DNA of 64,000 nucleotides from Octopus vulgaris (lineage: Eukaryota): NCBI GenBank assembly GCA_951406725.2, contig OX597818.1, positions 124,062,001 to 124,126,000 on the forward strand, in the 5' to 3' direction. The notes under the pieces were generated by a model. The model saw nothing but the letters and a program-made list of their open reading frames with translations. It searched no databases and was not told the DNA's origin. The translations under genes and the position numbers were made by a program. Below are positions 1 to 12,148 of the stretch, one piece after another (the stretch's first letter is position 1; the number at the start of each line of letters is the position of its first letter).

Positions 1-162
1 CACTCTTGGAGTGGTTGGCGTTAGGAAGGGCATCCAGTTGTAGAAACTCTGCCAGATCAGATTGGAGCCTGATGCAGCCATCTGGTTTGCCAGACCTCAG
101 TCAAATCGTCCAACCCATGCTAGCATGGAAAGCGGATGTTAAACAATGATGATGATGATGAT
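1..162 (+). mobile_element. 3' end of a retroposon family with (GAT)n tail (probably an RTE-LINE 3' UTR or derived SINE; 'family C')
   Basis: The block ggagtggttggcgttaggaagggcatccag...caacccatgctagcatggaaa...(gat)n recurs at ~554-870(-), 4540-4943(+), 5809-6258(-), 21230-21412(+), 50890-51375(-), 51681-52030(-) and 59386-59550(-). Confidence 0.7.
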
Positions 163-355
163 GTACATATATACACACACATACACACACACACATTCAC
201 TTACACACATATTCATATATGTATACACACATATACATATATACATGTATACATGCATACACACATACATACATATACATGCATATATATGCATGCAGAC
301 ACATATATATTATCCAAAATGTATAGTATTAAATATTCATCATGGTTGGACTTAC

Positions 356-528
356 CAATTGGTTTCGTGTAAAGAATACAATGGAGTGTTTGGTAACAAA
401 CCGATTAGATAACTTTATGCTCATCAGAGTCAGCTGATATGGAGGGGAATATGGTGACTGTTCCGGATATACAAGTGCATATACTGACAGATATACAAGT
501 GCATCTTTCCTTGACTTATGGTCTCTTA
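356..528 (-). other. Candidate coding exon of an unidentified minus-strand gene
   Basis: Non-repetitive stretch with one open frame (DHKSRKDALVYLSVYALVYPEQSPYSPPYQLTLMSIKLSNRFVTKHSIVFFTRNQL) ending at a GTAAGT donor (plus-strand acttac 350-355). Acceptor is ambiguous and I recognise no homologue. Confidence 0.25.
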
Positions 529-915
529 GATGATGTATGTACACACACACACACATCATCATCATCATCGTCGTTGTCATTGTTTAACATCCGCTTTCTA
601 TGCTGGCATGGGTTGGACGGTTTGACAGAAAACTGGCAAGCCAGAAGGCTGCACCAGGCTCCAATCTGATCTGGCAAAGTTTCTACAGCTGGATGCCCTT
701 CCTAACACCAAGCACTCCGAGAGGGTAGTTGGTGCTTTTACGTGCCACTGGCACAAGGGCTAATCAGGCAAAAGGTATTTCTTATGTGACACCTGCATGG
801 GAGCCAGTCCAGCGGCACTGGCAACGATCATGCTTGAATGTTGCTTTTTACGTGCCACCGGCACATGTGCCAGTACTCATCACCTCTAAAAATGAAATTA
901 ATATATGAGTATGTA

Positions 916-967
<52 letters not shown>

Positions 968-1190
968 ATTATACTTATGCTTTTTTTTTATACATATGTG
1001 TGCATATGTATATGCATGTATATGTATGTATATGTGTATGTCTATGCATATGCATGTATGTATATATATGTATATACATGTGTGTGTGTGTATATGTATG
1101 GATTAGTTGTACATACATACGCATGCATGCGTATGTGTGTTCAAGATGTTATATTCATATGTACATTTAGGCATCAACATTTTACTAAAA

Positions 1191-4100
1191 TGTTGGACGA
1201 CCTGGCCCAAAACCTAGGCTCATCAAGCTGTCTTTTTCGGACCACACTGAGGCAACCTCTTACCATCTGGCCTCAGTTAAAGCTGGGCGTGAAAATCGGA
1301 CCACCTTCCGAACACGCCCAGGCTTACCGTCCGATCTACGTCCGAAGCTACGTGTAGCGGCTTCCCTGAATAGGAACTCAGCTCTACAGGAAAGCTTCAG
1401 TCTTCGGAAGATGGACAAATCTGGAGATTTGTCAAGACTGATGAAACGTGGAAGAGAGATACCAGCTGGTCTGAGTGCTCTCTACCCACAATAACTAAAA
1501 AGACTACAGCAACTCAGGGAAACTAAGCCAGGACAATCTGCCATCCTCCACACACCATCATAAACTGCGAGCAGGGTACAAATTGTTGTCCTTTAATGCT
1601 CGCAGTTTATGCAACAAAATACATTTGTTCAACGCCTACGTCAGAAGTGTTGACCCTGACTTCATCACTGTCACGGAAACATGGGTGCATTCCTTACTCT
1701 GTGATGGGGTTTTCAACATCACGGGGTACAACCTCTTCCGTAAGGACCGCACTAACCGCCGTGGTGGTGGTGTGATGGTCTACGTTCGTTCAAATTTTTT
1801 GGTAATTCCTTGTGCCGATTTGAACGAATCACAAGAAGTTTTTTTCTGTGACGTACGTATGACCATGTCAACACTCCTGCTTGGCGTTGTTTATCGTCCC
1901 CCAAATTACCATCAGGACACACAGCTTTGCAACATCCTCCGAGCTGCAGCCAGGAAAACAGCCACTTATGTGTTTATTGCAGGCGATTTCAATCATCCTG
2001 AGATCGATTGGGAAACCTTCCGTTGGCCACAGAGTGCAAACGATTTTGTTGAGCTTGTGCTGGACTCAAACTGGTCACAAGTAGTCACCTCTCCAACAAG
2101 AGGCGACAACACCTTGGACCTGCTCTTCACCACAACTCCTGAAGCGGTTATCAATTGCACTACGGAGGAACCTCTAGGTGACTCTGATCATGCTATGATC
2201 ATCGCCAATCTGGCTCTTGCGGGCAACAAACACCTGAACCATCTCCAATCTGCTTCCTTCGATTGGAAGAGAGCAGATTGGAACCTGTACCACACTGAAC
2301 TACAGCACCCAAACTGGCGTGAATTCTACAACTCTGGAGATGTGAATACTATACTCCAGATTATCCTGGACTCAATATGGGCAGCATGTGCAGCATCAGT
2401 GCCACGTAAACAAAAAAAGAAGAACCGCCCCAAAAGGGCAATTTGGGAAACTTCAGCGGTCCGACTTGCCAGGAAGGAACGTCAGACTGCTGAACAGGAA
2501 TACAAGTTGCATAAATCAGACACCAACAGGAAGAAGCGGAATAAATCCTCCAACCATCTCAAGCAAGTGACAAAAAATGCAGTGCTTGAATTTGAACAGT
2601 GCATAGCAGCCAATCCTGACAGCAAGGTTTTCTGGAAATATGTGCATTCAAAGCAGAGACCTCACTCTCCAGTGGGCCCTCTTCGCAACCCTCACACGAA
2701 CCAGATCACTGACGACCCCAAGGAATGCGCAGAACTCATTGCCGAGTGCTATGCAAACATATTCACTGTCGAAAGTCAAAATGTACCATCTTCACCATCA
2801 CTAACAGCAAACTCCATAACAACTATGGAATTTACACCGGCAATGCTGCGATGTCACCTTCAAAATAAGTGCAACTATGCCTCCCCTGGTCTCGATGGAG
2901 TTACATACCTGCTTCTCAAACGTGGCAGGCACTTCCTTTTACACCAGCTTTCTATTTTCTTCCAGTACTGTCTCAACAATGGTGCTACTCCGGAGCAGTG
3001 GAAAACTGCCAGTGTCATTCCTCTGTTCAAAAAGGGTGACCGCACATCACCTGTCAACTATCGCCCAGTCAGTCTCACTAGCTGTATTGCAAAACTGATG
3101 GAATCGTGTGTCAGAGAAACACTCTGGAACTTCTGGAGCTCTCACAGTCTCATCCGACCCTCACAATATGGATTTGTCCCTAACTCCAGCTGCAGTGACC
3201 AGCTTGTCGAGTTCCTTGAGGACATTACTCAGATCACTGACAGTGGCTCATGGGTGGATGTTGTCTACCTTGACTTTGCTAAGGCTTTCAACTCTGTGCC
3301 ACACAAAAGGCTTATGGTGAAACTCTCTGCAATGGGTGTGGGGGATGACCTTTTTAACTGGTTGAAATCCTTCATCCTCAGCCGAAAGGAGGTAGTCACA
3401 GTTCTAGGACAGCACTCTACACCATATGAGATGTCATCGGGTGTACCACAGGGATCTGTCCTTGGTCCCCTCCTGTTTGTGGCATACATTAATGACATAG
3501 ATGCCAATTTAAAGAATGCCACAGTATTGAAATATGCAGACGACATCAAGCTGTACCTTGAAATCAAGAGGACTGATCCTGATGTCTACAACTCTTTCCT
3601 GCAATCAGACCTAGACACAATGCAGCAATGGATCACAGACTGGCAACTGAAACTGGCTGTGGACAAGTGTACCACCATGCATTTTGGGAGAAAAAACCCT
3701 GCGTCCACATACTCCCTCCACAACACTGATATCAAGAAATCCTCTTGCGAGCGTGACCTAGGCATCACTGTCAGCAGTGATTTGCGTTGGACAAAGCATA
3801 TCTCTAAAATTGTCAAGAAGGCCAAGGGTGTCTTGGCATCACTCAGCAAGACTTTTGTTAGCCGCTCTCCAGCCATCTATTTAAAACTGTATACAGCTAT
3901 GGTACGACCACACTTGGAATTCGCATCATCAGTTTGGAATCCCTATCTTGCTCAGAACATTGACCTCCTGGAATCTGTCCAGAGACGTGCAACCAAACGC
4001 ATACCCTCCATCAGACACCTACCATATTCTGAGCGCCTTGTTTCCCTGGGCATGGATTCACTGAAGCTCTGGCGTCTAGCGACGGACTTGGTAAACACCC

Positions 4101-4394
4101 ACAAGGTTATCAACCACCTCACCAACAACAACACTGAACACCTTTTTGATCTCCATGTGTCTAACACACGTGGACATGCCTACAAAGTCAGAAAACAGCA
4201 CAGCTCCCATGACTTTCGGAAACATTTTTTCACGCTCAGGGTTGCTGAAGCGTGGAATAAACTGCCTGCATCAGTTGTTGACTGCCATGACACTGCATCC
4301 TTTAAGGCCCTCATGCTTCCCGAAATCCGTCGAAACTACACCTGATTATATATACACTTTAGATGAGTTGTAGTGCACCTGAGCACTGTACACA

Positions 4395-4430
<36 letters not shown>
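1191..4430 (+). mobile_element. 5'-truncated CR1/L2-group LINE
   Basis: ORF1 C-terminal remnant (VGRPGPKPRLIKLSF... ending ...ATQGN*), full ORF2, short 3' UTR (tgtagtgcacctgagcactgtaca) and an (ATT)n tail at ~4396-4430. Confidence 0.9.
1583..4345 (+). CDS. LINE ORF2: APE endonuclease + reverse transcriptase (920 aa, uninterrupted)
   Basis: APE motifs FNARS, VTETW, RKDR, GGGV, YRPP, GDFN, PTR, LDL, SDH. RT motifs PGLDG, NYRPVSLTS, QYGF, YLDFAKAF, GVPQGSVLGPLLF, YADD. CR1-like C-terminus RGH..K...FF..RV..WN.LP. No ATG at the start; the frame is open from 1499. Confidence 0.95.
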   Translation: MLSFNARSLCNKIHLFNAYVRSVDPDFITVTETWVHSLLCDGVFNITGYNLFRKDRTNRRGGGVMVYVRSNFLVIPCADLNESQEVFFCDVRMTMSTLLLGVVYRPPNYHQDTQLCNILRAAARKTATYVFIAGDFNHPEIDWETFRWPQSANDFVELVLDSNWSQVVTSPTRGDNTLDLLFTTTPEAVINCTTEEPLGDSDHAMIIANLALAGNKHLNHLQSASFDWKRADWNLYHTELQHPNWREFYNSGDVNTILQIILDSIWAACAASVPRKQKKKNRPKRAIWETSAVRLARKERQTAEQEYKLHKSDTNRKKRNKSSNHLKQVTKNAVLEFEQCIAANPDSKVFWKYVHSKQRPHSPVGPLRNPHTNQITDDPKECAELIAECYANIFTVESQNVPSSPSLTANSITTMEFTPAMLRCHLQNKCNYASPGLDGVTYLLLKRGRHFLLHQLSIFFQYCLNNGATPEQWKTASVIPLFKKGDRTSPVNYRPVSLTSCIAKLMESCVRETLWNFWSSHSLIRPSQYGFVPNSSCSDQLVEFLEDITQITDSGSWVDVVYLDFAKAFNSVPHKRLMVKLSAMGVGDDLFNWLKSFILSRKEVVTVLGQHSTPYEMSSGVPQGSVLGPLLFVAYINDIDANLKNATVLKYADDIKLYLEIKRTDPDVYNSFLQSDLDTMQQWITDWQLKLAVDKCTTMHFGRKNPASTYSLHNTDIKKSSCERDLGITVSSDLRWTKHISKIVKKAKGVLASLSKTFVSRSPAIYLKLYTAMVRPHLEFASSVWNPYLAQNIDLLESVQRRATKRIPSIRHLPYSERLVSLGMDSLKLWRLATDLVNTHKVINHLTNNNTEHLFDLHVSNTRGHAYKVRKQHSSHDFRKHFFTLRVAEAWNKLPASVVDCHDTASFKALMLPEIRRNYT

Positions 4431-4432
<2 letters not shown>

Positions 4433-4961
4433 AACTGTTAAGAATAGCTATACTTTCCTATAAACACTATGGTGCAAGACATACTAATTCAAAATTTCAT
4501 TAACCAATGGGCACTGATTGATTAATGGGTACGAAGAATACACATTGAGACCTATTGAGTCAAGTACATCAACATCAAAATGAAAATCAAATGGAAATTG
4601 TAGCTGTGATACCCGTGCTGGTGGCATGTAAAAAGTACCAACTGAACGTGGCCGATGCCAACACCGCCTTGACTGGCTTCCGTGCCGGTGGCATGTAAAA
4701 AGCACCAACCGATTGTGGCCGTTGCCAGCCTCCCCTGGCCCCTATGCCGGTGGCACGTAAAAAGCACCTACTACATTCACAGAGTGGTTGGCGTTAGGAA
4801 GGGCATCCAGCTGTAAAAACACTGCCAGATCAGACTGGAGCCTGGTGCAGCTACCTGGCTTTCCAGAACCTGGTTGAACCATCCAACTCATGTTAGCATG
4901 GAAAACAGACATTAAACAATGATGACGATGATGATGATGATGATATATATATATATATATA

Positions 4962-5356
4962 CTAGCAGTATCACCCGGCGTTGCTCGGGTTTGTAAGGGA
5001 AATAACTATATAAGCATTTTTAGAGATGTAAAGTATAATAGCCATCTCAATATGGCTAACCACAAAGGGGGTGTTACTGTAGCTTTTTACGTTCTGAGAT
5101 TTAATAATACATTTTTTAGAGAGTTACTTCCCTTATATAATAGCAAAAAATGCATTAAAAATGGAAAAAAATTATGGTAAATTTTTTTTTTAAATTGTAG
5201 ACTCATCGTAGACGTGTGCTAATACCCAGAAGGGCTTGATATGAATCACGACTATAAGATACCCGCTTTTGGTTTCACTGCACCGCAAAATGTGGGAGTA
5301 GTTAGCAATCTAAATCGTAGGAGACAGACACACAACTTCACTTTTATATATAAAGA
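4962..5356 (-). mobile_element. Non-autonomous Helitron
   Basis: On the minus strand it starts TCTTTATATATAAAAG and ends with a GC hairpin (cccgagcaacgccggg) plus CTAG, inserted between A and T with no TSD. Confidence 0.85.
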
Positions 5357-5378
5357 TTTATATATATATATATATATA

Positions 5379-7105
5379 TCAGGTCATTAAGAATAAAATG
5401 CCCAATTTTCTTATGCACCAAGCTTGACAGTCATTGACTCTAATGACAATTCTTTGTTTTACATTAAAGAGTTACATCATTACTTTTCAAAATGCAACTC
5501 ATGGTGTCTGATTATATTGTGAGTTTTCTCTTGTGAACCCATGGATAGATAAAAAATTTGATGTTGTTTATGAATATGAGTTTTATTGTGGAACCAATGC
5601 ATCCCAGACAGCTTGAATCATCAACGAGATGTTCGGTGAAGATGTAGCGAATGAGCACACTGTATGTCGATGGTTTGAGAAGTTACGGTCTGGTGACTTT
5701 ACTCTTGAAAATCAGCCTCATAGTAGACCTGAGACCAAGGTGGATAACAATGAACTGGAAACTGTAGTGGAAATGGATACATTTCATACTATGTGTGAGT
5801 TAGTATCAAATCTGGTAACGATCCCGCTCGAATGGTGCCTTTTACATGCCACTGGCACAGAAGCCAGTTAGCTGCTCTGGCAACGATCACACTTGGATGG
5901 TGCTCTTAGCATCCTACTAGCACGGGGCACAAGTGCCAGTAAGGCAACGCTGGTAATGATCACACTCGAATGGTGCCTTTTATGTGCCACTGGCATGGAA
6001 GCCGGTTAGCCGCTCTGTCAACGATCACGCTAGTATGGTGCTCTTTCCACCCTGCTAGCACGGGTGTCTGTCATTGAATTTCACTTTGATCTTGATTTTG
6101 ATTTTGATTTCACTTGCCTCAACGGGTCTTCGCAAGCAGTGTTTAGTGTCCAATGAAGGAAAGGTATGCATAAGTGGGTTTGTTACACCCCTAGCATAGG
6201 CCATGGGTTATGGTCTCACTTCGCTTGCTGGGTCTTCTCAAGCACAGCATTTTTCCAAAGTTGCAAGATTTGATGTTTCGATTCCAACTGTATTGAACCA
6301 TCTGAAACAAATCAGCAAGCTAAAGAAGCTGGACGAGTGGGTAACACATAAACTGAATGAGCATCAAATGACACATCGTCTTGAAACTTGCTTTTCTGTG
6401 CTGTCAGGACATAAAAGTGAACCATTTTTGCATTGTATTGTTATGTGTAATGAAAAATAGATTCTCTTCTACAATAGCAAGCATTCTGCATGGTGGTTGG
6501 ATAGGGATAAAGGCGGCGAGCTGGCAGAAACGTTAGCACGCCGGGCGAAATGCTTAGCGGTATTTCGTCTGCGTTACGTTGTGAGTTCAAATTCCGCCGA
6601 GGTCGACTTTGCCTTTCATCCTTTCGGGGTCGATAAATTAAGTACCAGTTACGCACTGGGGTCGATGTAATCGACTTAATACCTATGTCTGTCCTTGTTT
6701 GTCCCCTCTGTGTTTAGCCCCTTGTGGGTAATAAAGAAATAGGTTGGATAGGGATAAAGTACCAAAATACAATCCAAAATAGAATATTCACCAAAAAAAG
6801 CTAATGGTGTCTGTTTGGTGGTCCAGGACTGGTGTCATCCACTACAGCTTCACGAGACCTGGTAAGTCAATTACAGTGGATGTAATTGGATGAAATGATA
6901 AGTGAATTTGCAGTTAAACAACCGAGATTGGTAAATAGAGACCGGGCAATTCTTTTGCAATACAATGCTCAACCACATGTTGCACAAAGAATGCTACTCA
7001 AGTTACAGGAACTGAACTTGGAAGTACTCTGCCTGCCAGATCTTGCACCAACTGACTATCGTGTTTTCCAGGCATTAGACAACTTTTTGCAAGAAAAAAA
7101 CTTCA
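5379..7105 (+). pseudogene. Degenerate mariner transposase with two nested insertions
   Basis: Fragments INEMFGEDVANEHTVCRWFEKLRSGDF, KLDEWVTHKL (WVPHEL-like), MVSVWW, NAQPHVA and PDLAPTDY. Many stops; interrupted at 5809-6258 and 6512-6741. Confidence 0.85.
6512..6741 (+). mobile_element. tRNA-type SINE ('family A')
   Basis: Head ggcggcgagctggcagaa...gagttcaaattcc (A/B-box-like) and body gcctttcatcctttcggggtcgataaattaagtacc. 17-bp TSD ggttggatagggataaa at 6495-6511 and 6742-6758. Confidence 0.85.
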
Positions 7106-7200
7106 AATCTATGGTAACTGCAGTGTATCTGCCTTTTAGCTATTGAAATATGTGACAAACATATTTCAACTTACTTAATTCTGCTAGGCGTTTGTCCATT

Positions 7201-7423
7201 ACTCTTTTACTCTTTTACTCTTTTACTTGTTTCAGTCATTTGACTGCAGCCATACTGGAGCACCGCCTTTAATCGAGCAACTCGACCCCAGGACTTATTC
7301 TTTTGTAAGCCCAGTACTTATTCTATTGGTCTCTTTTGCCAAACCGATAAGTAACGGGGACATAAACACACCAGCATCGGTTGTCAAGCAATGCTAGGGG
7401 GACAAACACAGACACAAAAATAT

Positions 7424-7456
<33 letters not shown>

Positions 7457-7627
7457 CATATATACGACGGGCTTCTTTCAGTTTCCGTCTACCAAATCTA
7501 CTCACAAGGCTTTGGTCAGCCCGAGGCTATAGTAGAAGACACTTGCCCAAAGTGTCACACAGTGGGACTGAACCCAGAACCATGTGGTTGGTAAACAAGC
7601 TACTTACCACACAGCCACTCCTGCGCC
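7201..7627 (-). mobile_element. tRNA-type SINE with internal (TA)/(TG) microsatellite and (GTAAAAGA)n tail ('family B')
   Basis: Near-identical copies at ~8101-8501(-), 24027-24408(+), 42402-42645(-), 44014-44418(-), 44981-45368(+), 48797-49121(+), 52266-52669(+) and 56644-57036(+). Head ggcgcaggagtggctgtgtggtaag...gggttcagtccc followed by ccttgggcaagtg. Confidence 0.85.
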
Positions 7628-7978
7628 TTATCTGATCATGCATTTAACCAATCAAAAGTGGTAAGCTGGCAGAACCGTTAGCATACCAGATAAAATGCTT
7701 AGTGGCATTGTGTCAATCTACATTCTGACTTCAAAGTCCGCCAAGGTCGACTTTGCCTTTCTCTTTAACATGGCTGATAAAAGAGATCAGCCACTCTTGT
7801 CAGATAACTGTCAAGTACTTTGATCAACGTATTTGATTTCGCTCTCTATTCCAAATCTGCTGGTCCTGTGTCAAAATTTGAAACCATTATTATTTTTATT
7901 AATATTCTGTAAGGTAGTGAGCTGGCAGAATTGTTAGCATAGTGGACAAAATGCTTAGTGGCATTTCATTGTCTATAC

Positions 7979-8605
7979 CAATGGTTTTCAACCAGGGTTC
8001 CACGGAACCTTAGGGTTCCGCCAGTACAGTCCAGGGGTTCCGCAAGAAGATACAAAACTGCTAAAATCGGCAGTAATTTTTAATTCTCCTGTGCAGATAT
8101 CTCTCTTTCTCTTTTTCTATTTTACTTGTTTCAGTCATTTGACTGCGGCCATGCTGGAGCACCGCCTTTAGTCGAGCAAATCGACCCCGGGACTTATTGT
8201 TTTGTAAGCCCAGTACTTATTCTATCGGTCTCTTTTGCCGAACCGCTAAGTGACGGGAACGTAAACACACCAGCATCGGTTGTCAAGCAATGCTAGGGGG
8301 ACAAACACAGACACACACACATACATATATATACATATATACGACAGGCTTCTTTCAGTTTCCGTCTACCAAATCCACTCACAAGGCATTGGTTGGCCCG
8401 GGGCTATAGCAGAAGACACTTGCCCAAGATGCCACGCAGTGGGACTGAACCCGGAACCATGTGATTGGTTAGCAAGCTACTTACCACACAGCCACTCCTG
8501 CGAGATATGTGTGCATAAGACTATTAAATTATTGCACAGGGGTTCCTCGAGCCAGTGGAATGTTTCCTTGGGGTTCCGCTCCAGCAAAAAGTTTGAAAAG
8601 CACTG
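7979..8605. mobile_element. hAT (Charlie-like) MITE containing a nested family-B SINE
   Basis: TIRs caatggttttcaa / ttgaaaagcactg; 8-bp TSD gtctatac/atctatac. An uninterrupted copy lies at 55091-55309. Confidence 0.8.
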
Positions 8606-8759
8606 ATCTATACATTCTCAGTTCAAATTCTGCCAAGGTCGACTTTGCCTTTCATCCTTTCGGACTCCATAAACGAAGTACCAGTGGAACACTGACGGCA
8701 ATGTAATCAACTAGTTCTCTCCCACTAAAATTTCAGGCCTTGTGCCTTTAGTAGAAAGG

Positions 8760-8829
<70 letters not shown>

Positions 8830-9036
8830 GCCGCAGAGCAGTGAGCTGGCAGAATCGTTAGTGTGCAGGGCAAAATGCTGAGCAATATTTTGTCTGTCCT
8901 TATGTTCTGAGTTCAAATTCCACCGAGGTTGACTTTGCCTTTCATCTTTTCAGGGTTGATAAATTAAGTACCAGTTGTGTACTGGGGATCGATCTAATCG
9001 ACTGCCCCCCACCCTCACCCAAAATTTCTAGAAAGG

Positions 9037-9098
<62 letters not shown>

Positions 9099-9318
9099 GT
9101 GAAGGTAGCAAGCTGACAGAACCGGTGGAACACTGGACAAAATGCTTTGTGGCATTTCATCTGTCTCCACATTCTGAGTTCAAATTCCAGCAAGGTCAAC
9201 TTTGCCTTTCGAGGACCGATAAAAAGAAAAAAGTACTAGTCCAGTACTGGGATCAAAGTAGTCGACTTCCTCCCCACCTTCAAAACTGCTGGCCAAACTT
9301 TGTAACCAATATAATTAA

Positions 9319-9714
9319 CTAGCAGTATCGCCCGACGTTGCTCGGGTTTGTAAGGGAAATAACTATATAAGTATTTTTAGAGATGTAAAGTATAATAGCC
9401 ATCTCAATATGGCTAACCACAAAGTGGGGGGTTTACTGTAGCTTTTTACGTTCTGAGATTTAATAATAAATTTTTAGAGAGTTACTTCCCTTATATATGC
9501 CAAAAATGCATTAAAAATGGGAAAAATTGATGGTAAATTATTTTTAAAATCGTAGACTCATCGTAGACGCGCGCTAATACCCAGAAGGGCTCGATATGAA
9601 TCACGACTATAAGATACCCGGTTTTGGTTAAACTGCACCGCAAAATGTGGGAGTAGTTAGGAATCTAAATCGTAGGAGACAGACAGCACACAACCTCACT
9701 TTTATATATAAAGG
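9319..9714 (-). mobile_element. Non-autonomous Helitron (same family as 4962-5356)
   Basis: CTAG plus hairpin at 9319-9346 and shared internal sequence through to cacttttatatataaag. Confidence 0.85.
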
Positions 9715-10040
9715 TAAGTCATATTTGATGGAGACACTAATTGTATAATTATCTGGAAAGAAAATATTCACCAACACAAGTGGATTTGCAGTAGAATTTC
9801 AACATCTGGGGCAAGATTGTTTTACTCACACTCATAGGTTAACACATGCATGCACACACATATATTGCATGCAAACACACACACATGTATGCGTATGTGC
9901 ACATATATACACACACGCACATGCACATACACACACACACTCATGCAGACACAGATGCACACAAAAATACATATGTACTGACATATGAACACATATATAC
10001 ACACATACACACTAACACACATGCTTATATGGATACACAT

Positions 10041-10086
<46 letters not shown>

Positions 10087-10521
10087 GTACACACACACAT
10101 ACACACTCACATATGTACACATGTAGGTGCATACACCTAGATACACATACAGACATACAGGCATACATACATACACAAACTTACAAACACACACACACAC
10201 AAACGCACACACACACACACACACATGCAGATCCATATATGTGCAATAATTGTTTCTTTCAGTACACAGGAGAGAACATGTTGTTGCAGAGCATATATAT
10301 GGTTAATTAAACAGATCCCAATATATTGGTTGTGTGTTCGTGTGTATGTGAATGTATACATATGTGTCTATGTGAATGTATACATATGTATGTATGTGAA
10401 TGTATACATATGTATGTATGTATATATATATATATATTGATAAAACGGTAAGATAACAAAAGAAAGAAAGAGACCTCAATATTATGTAAATAGAGGAAAT
10501 TTATAGAGGAAATAGATAAAT

Positions 10522-10564
<43 letters not shown>

Positions 10565-10649
10565 TATATACAGTCGCCATGATAGATCATTAGCCACTAC
10601 ACACATTTTTTTTCTCACCTTGTTTCTCTCCTTGTTTTTTTCTTTGTCC

Positions 10650-10685
10650 CTTTCTGTAGAAGAGCGTAGGCTCGAAACGTAAAAG
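10650..10685 (+). ncRNA. Minimal hammerhead-like motif (A6U core variant) in a TA-flanked repeat
   Basis: cttt-CTGTAGA-a-gagc(gtag)gctc-GAAA-cg-TA-aaag. Stem I cttt/aaag, stem II gagc/gctc, palindromic stem III acgt. Confidence 0.45.
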
Positions 10686-11280
10686 ACTTTTTCTATTCCT
10701 GAGCGTTATACTAATACATCTGTTTTTGTACACCACCTGTCTTCGTCTTTTGTCTTTTTCGTAAACTCTCCCTATATATATATGTGTGTGTGTGTGGATT
10801 TTAGCAATGGCAAACCCAGCTGGTCACCCCAAGGGGGGCAAAATGTCACTTTTCAAACATTTGTCTGGATTTCCTTTTTATCATTGTCTTGAGTGTGTGT
10901 GTATGTGCATGTGTGTGTGTTTGTGTGTGTGTATATGTGTAGTTTTGTTTTCAATTTTAATCGATGCATAGTGATATTCGAACAGATCAATAAAATGTAT
11001 GGAATCAATGAAATGAAAAACAATTAGTACAAAAATGATCAAGATGATGTTTTTTTTTTAGTTTTTTTGTTAATTGCTTGATGTTGTTTGTGCATACACA
11101 TACTTTATATGTCTGTGTCTATGTATGTATATATGAATAAACAAGTGTGTGTATATGTGTGTTGAGTGTGTATACATCTATTCATATAAATACATATGTA
11201 TTTATGTGCATGCCTATCTATAGATATATGAATATGTGTGTATATGTTTGTTGAATATACATCTTTGTATATAAATACAT

Positions 11281-11589
11281 TTGTATGTATGTATGTATGT
11301 ATGTATGTATGTTTGTTTGTTTGTTTGTTTGTATGTATGTATGTATGTATGCTTGTTTGTTTGTATGTATGTATGTATGTATGTATGTATGTATGTATGT
11401 ATGCTTGCTTGCATGTATGTATGTATGTTTGTATGTATGTATGTATGTATGTATGTATGTATATATATGTATGTATGTATGCTTGTCTGTATGTATGTAT
11501 GTATGTATGTATGTATGTATGTATGTATGTATGTATGTATGCTTGCTTGTATGTATGTATGTATGTATGTATGTATGTATGCTTGTTTG

Positions 11590-11620
<31 letters not shown>

Positions 11621-11737
11621 ATATGTATGTATGTATATATGTATGTATGTATGTATGCTTGTTTGTATGTATGTATGTATATATGGTTGTTTGTATGTAT
11701 GTATGTATGCTTGTTTGTATATATGTATGTATGTATG

Positions 11738-11769
<32 letters not shown>

Positions 11770-11865
11770 CATGTATGTATGTATGTATGTATGTGTGTAT
11801 GTATGTATGCTTGCTTGTATGTATGTATGTATGTATGTATGTATGTATGTATGTATGTATATATG

Positions 11866-11899
<34 letters not shown>

Positions 11900-11965
11900 T
11901 GCTTGCTTGTATGTATGTATGTATGTATGTATGCTTGTTTGTATATATGTATGTATGTATGTATG

Positions 11966-11999
<34 letters not shown>

Positions 12000-12041
12000 T
12001 GCTTGTTTGTATATATGTATGTATGTATGTATATATGTATG

Positions 12042-12073
<32 letters not shown>

Positions 12074-12148
12074 CTTGTTTGTATGTATGTATGTATGTAT
12101 GTATGTATGGTTGTTTGTATCTATGTATGTATGTATGTATGTATGTAT
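11281..12148. repeat. Long imperfect (TATG)n microsatellite
   Basis: About 870 bp of TATG with recurrent gcttgtttgtatat-type interruptions; it produces several spurious ORFs. Confidence 0.95.

Noticed and set aside
7381-7635. Recurrent MSSNARGTNTD / MLGGQTQT ORFs at several loci
   Set aside because: Antisense readings of family-B SINE copies, not a gene family.
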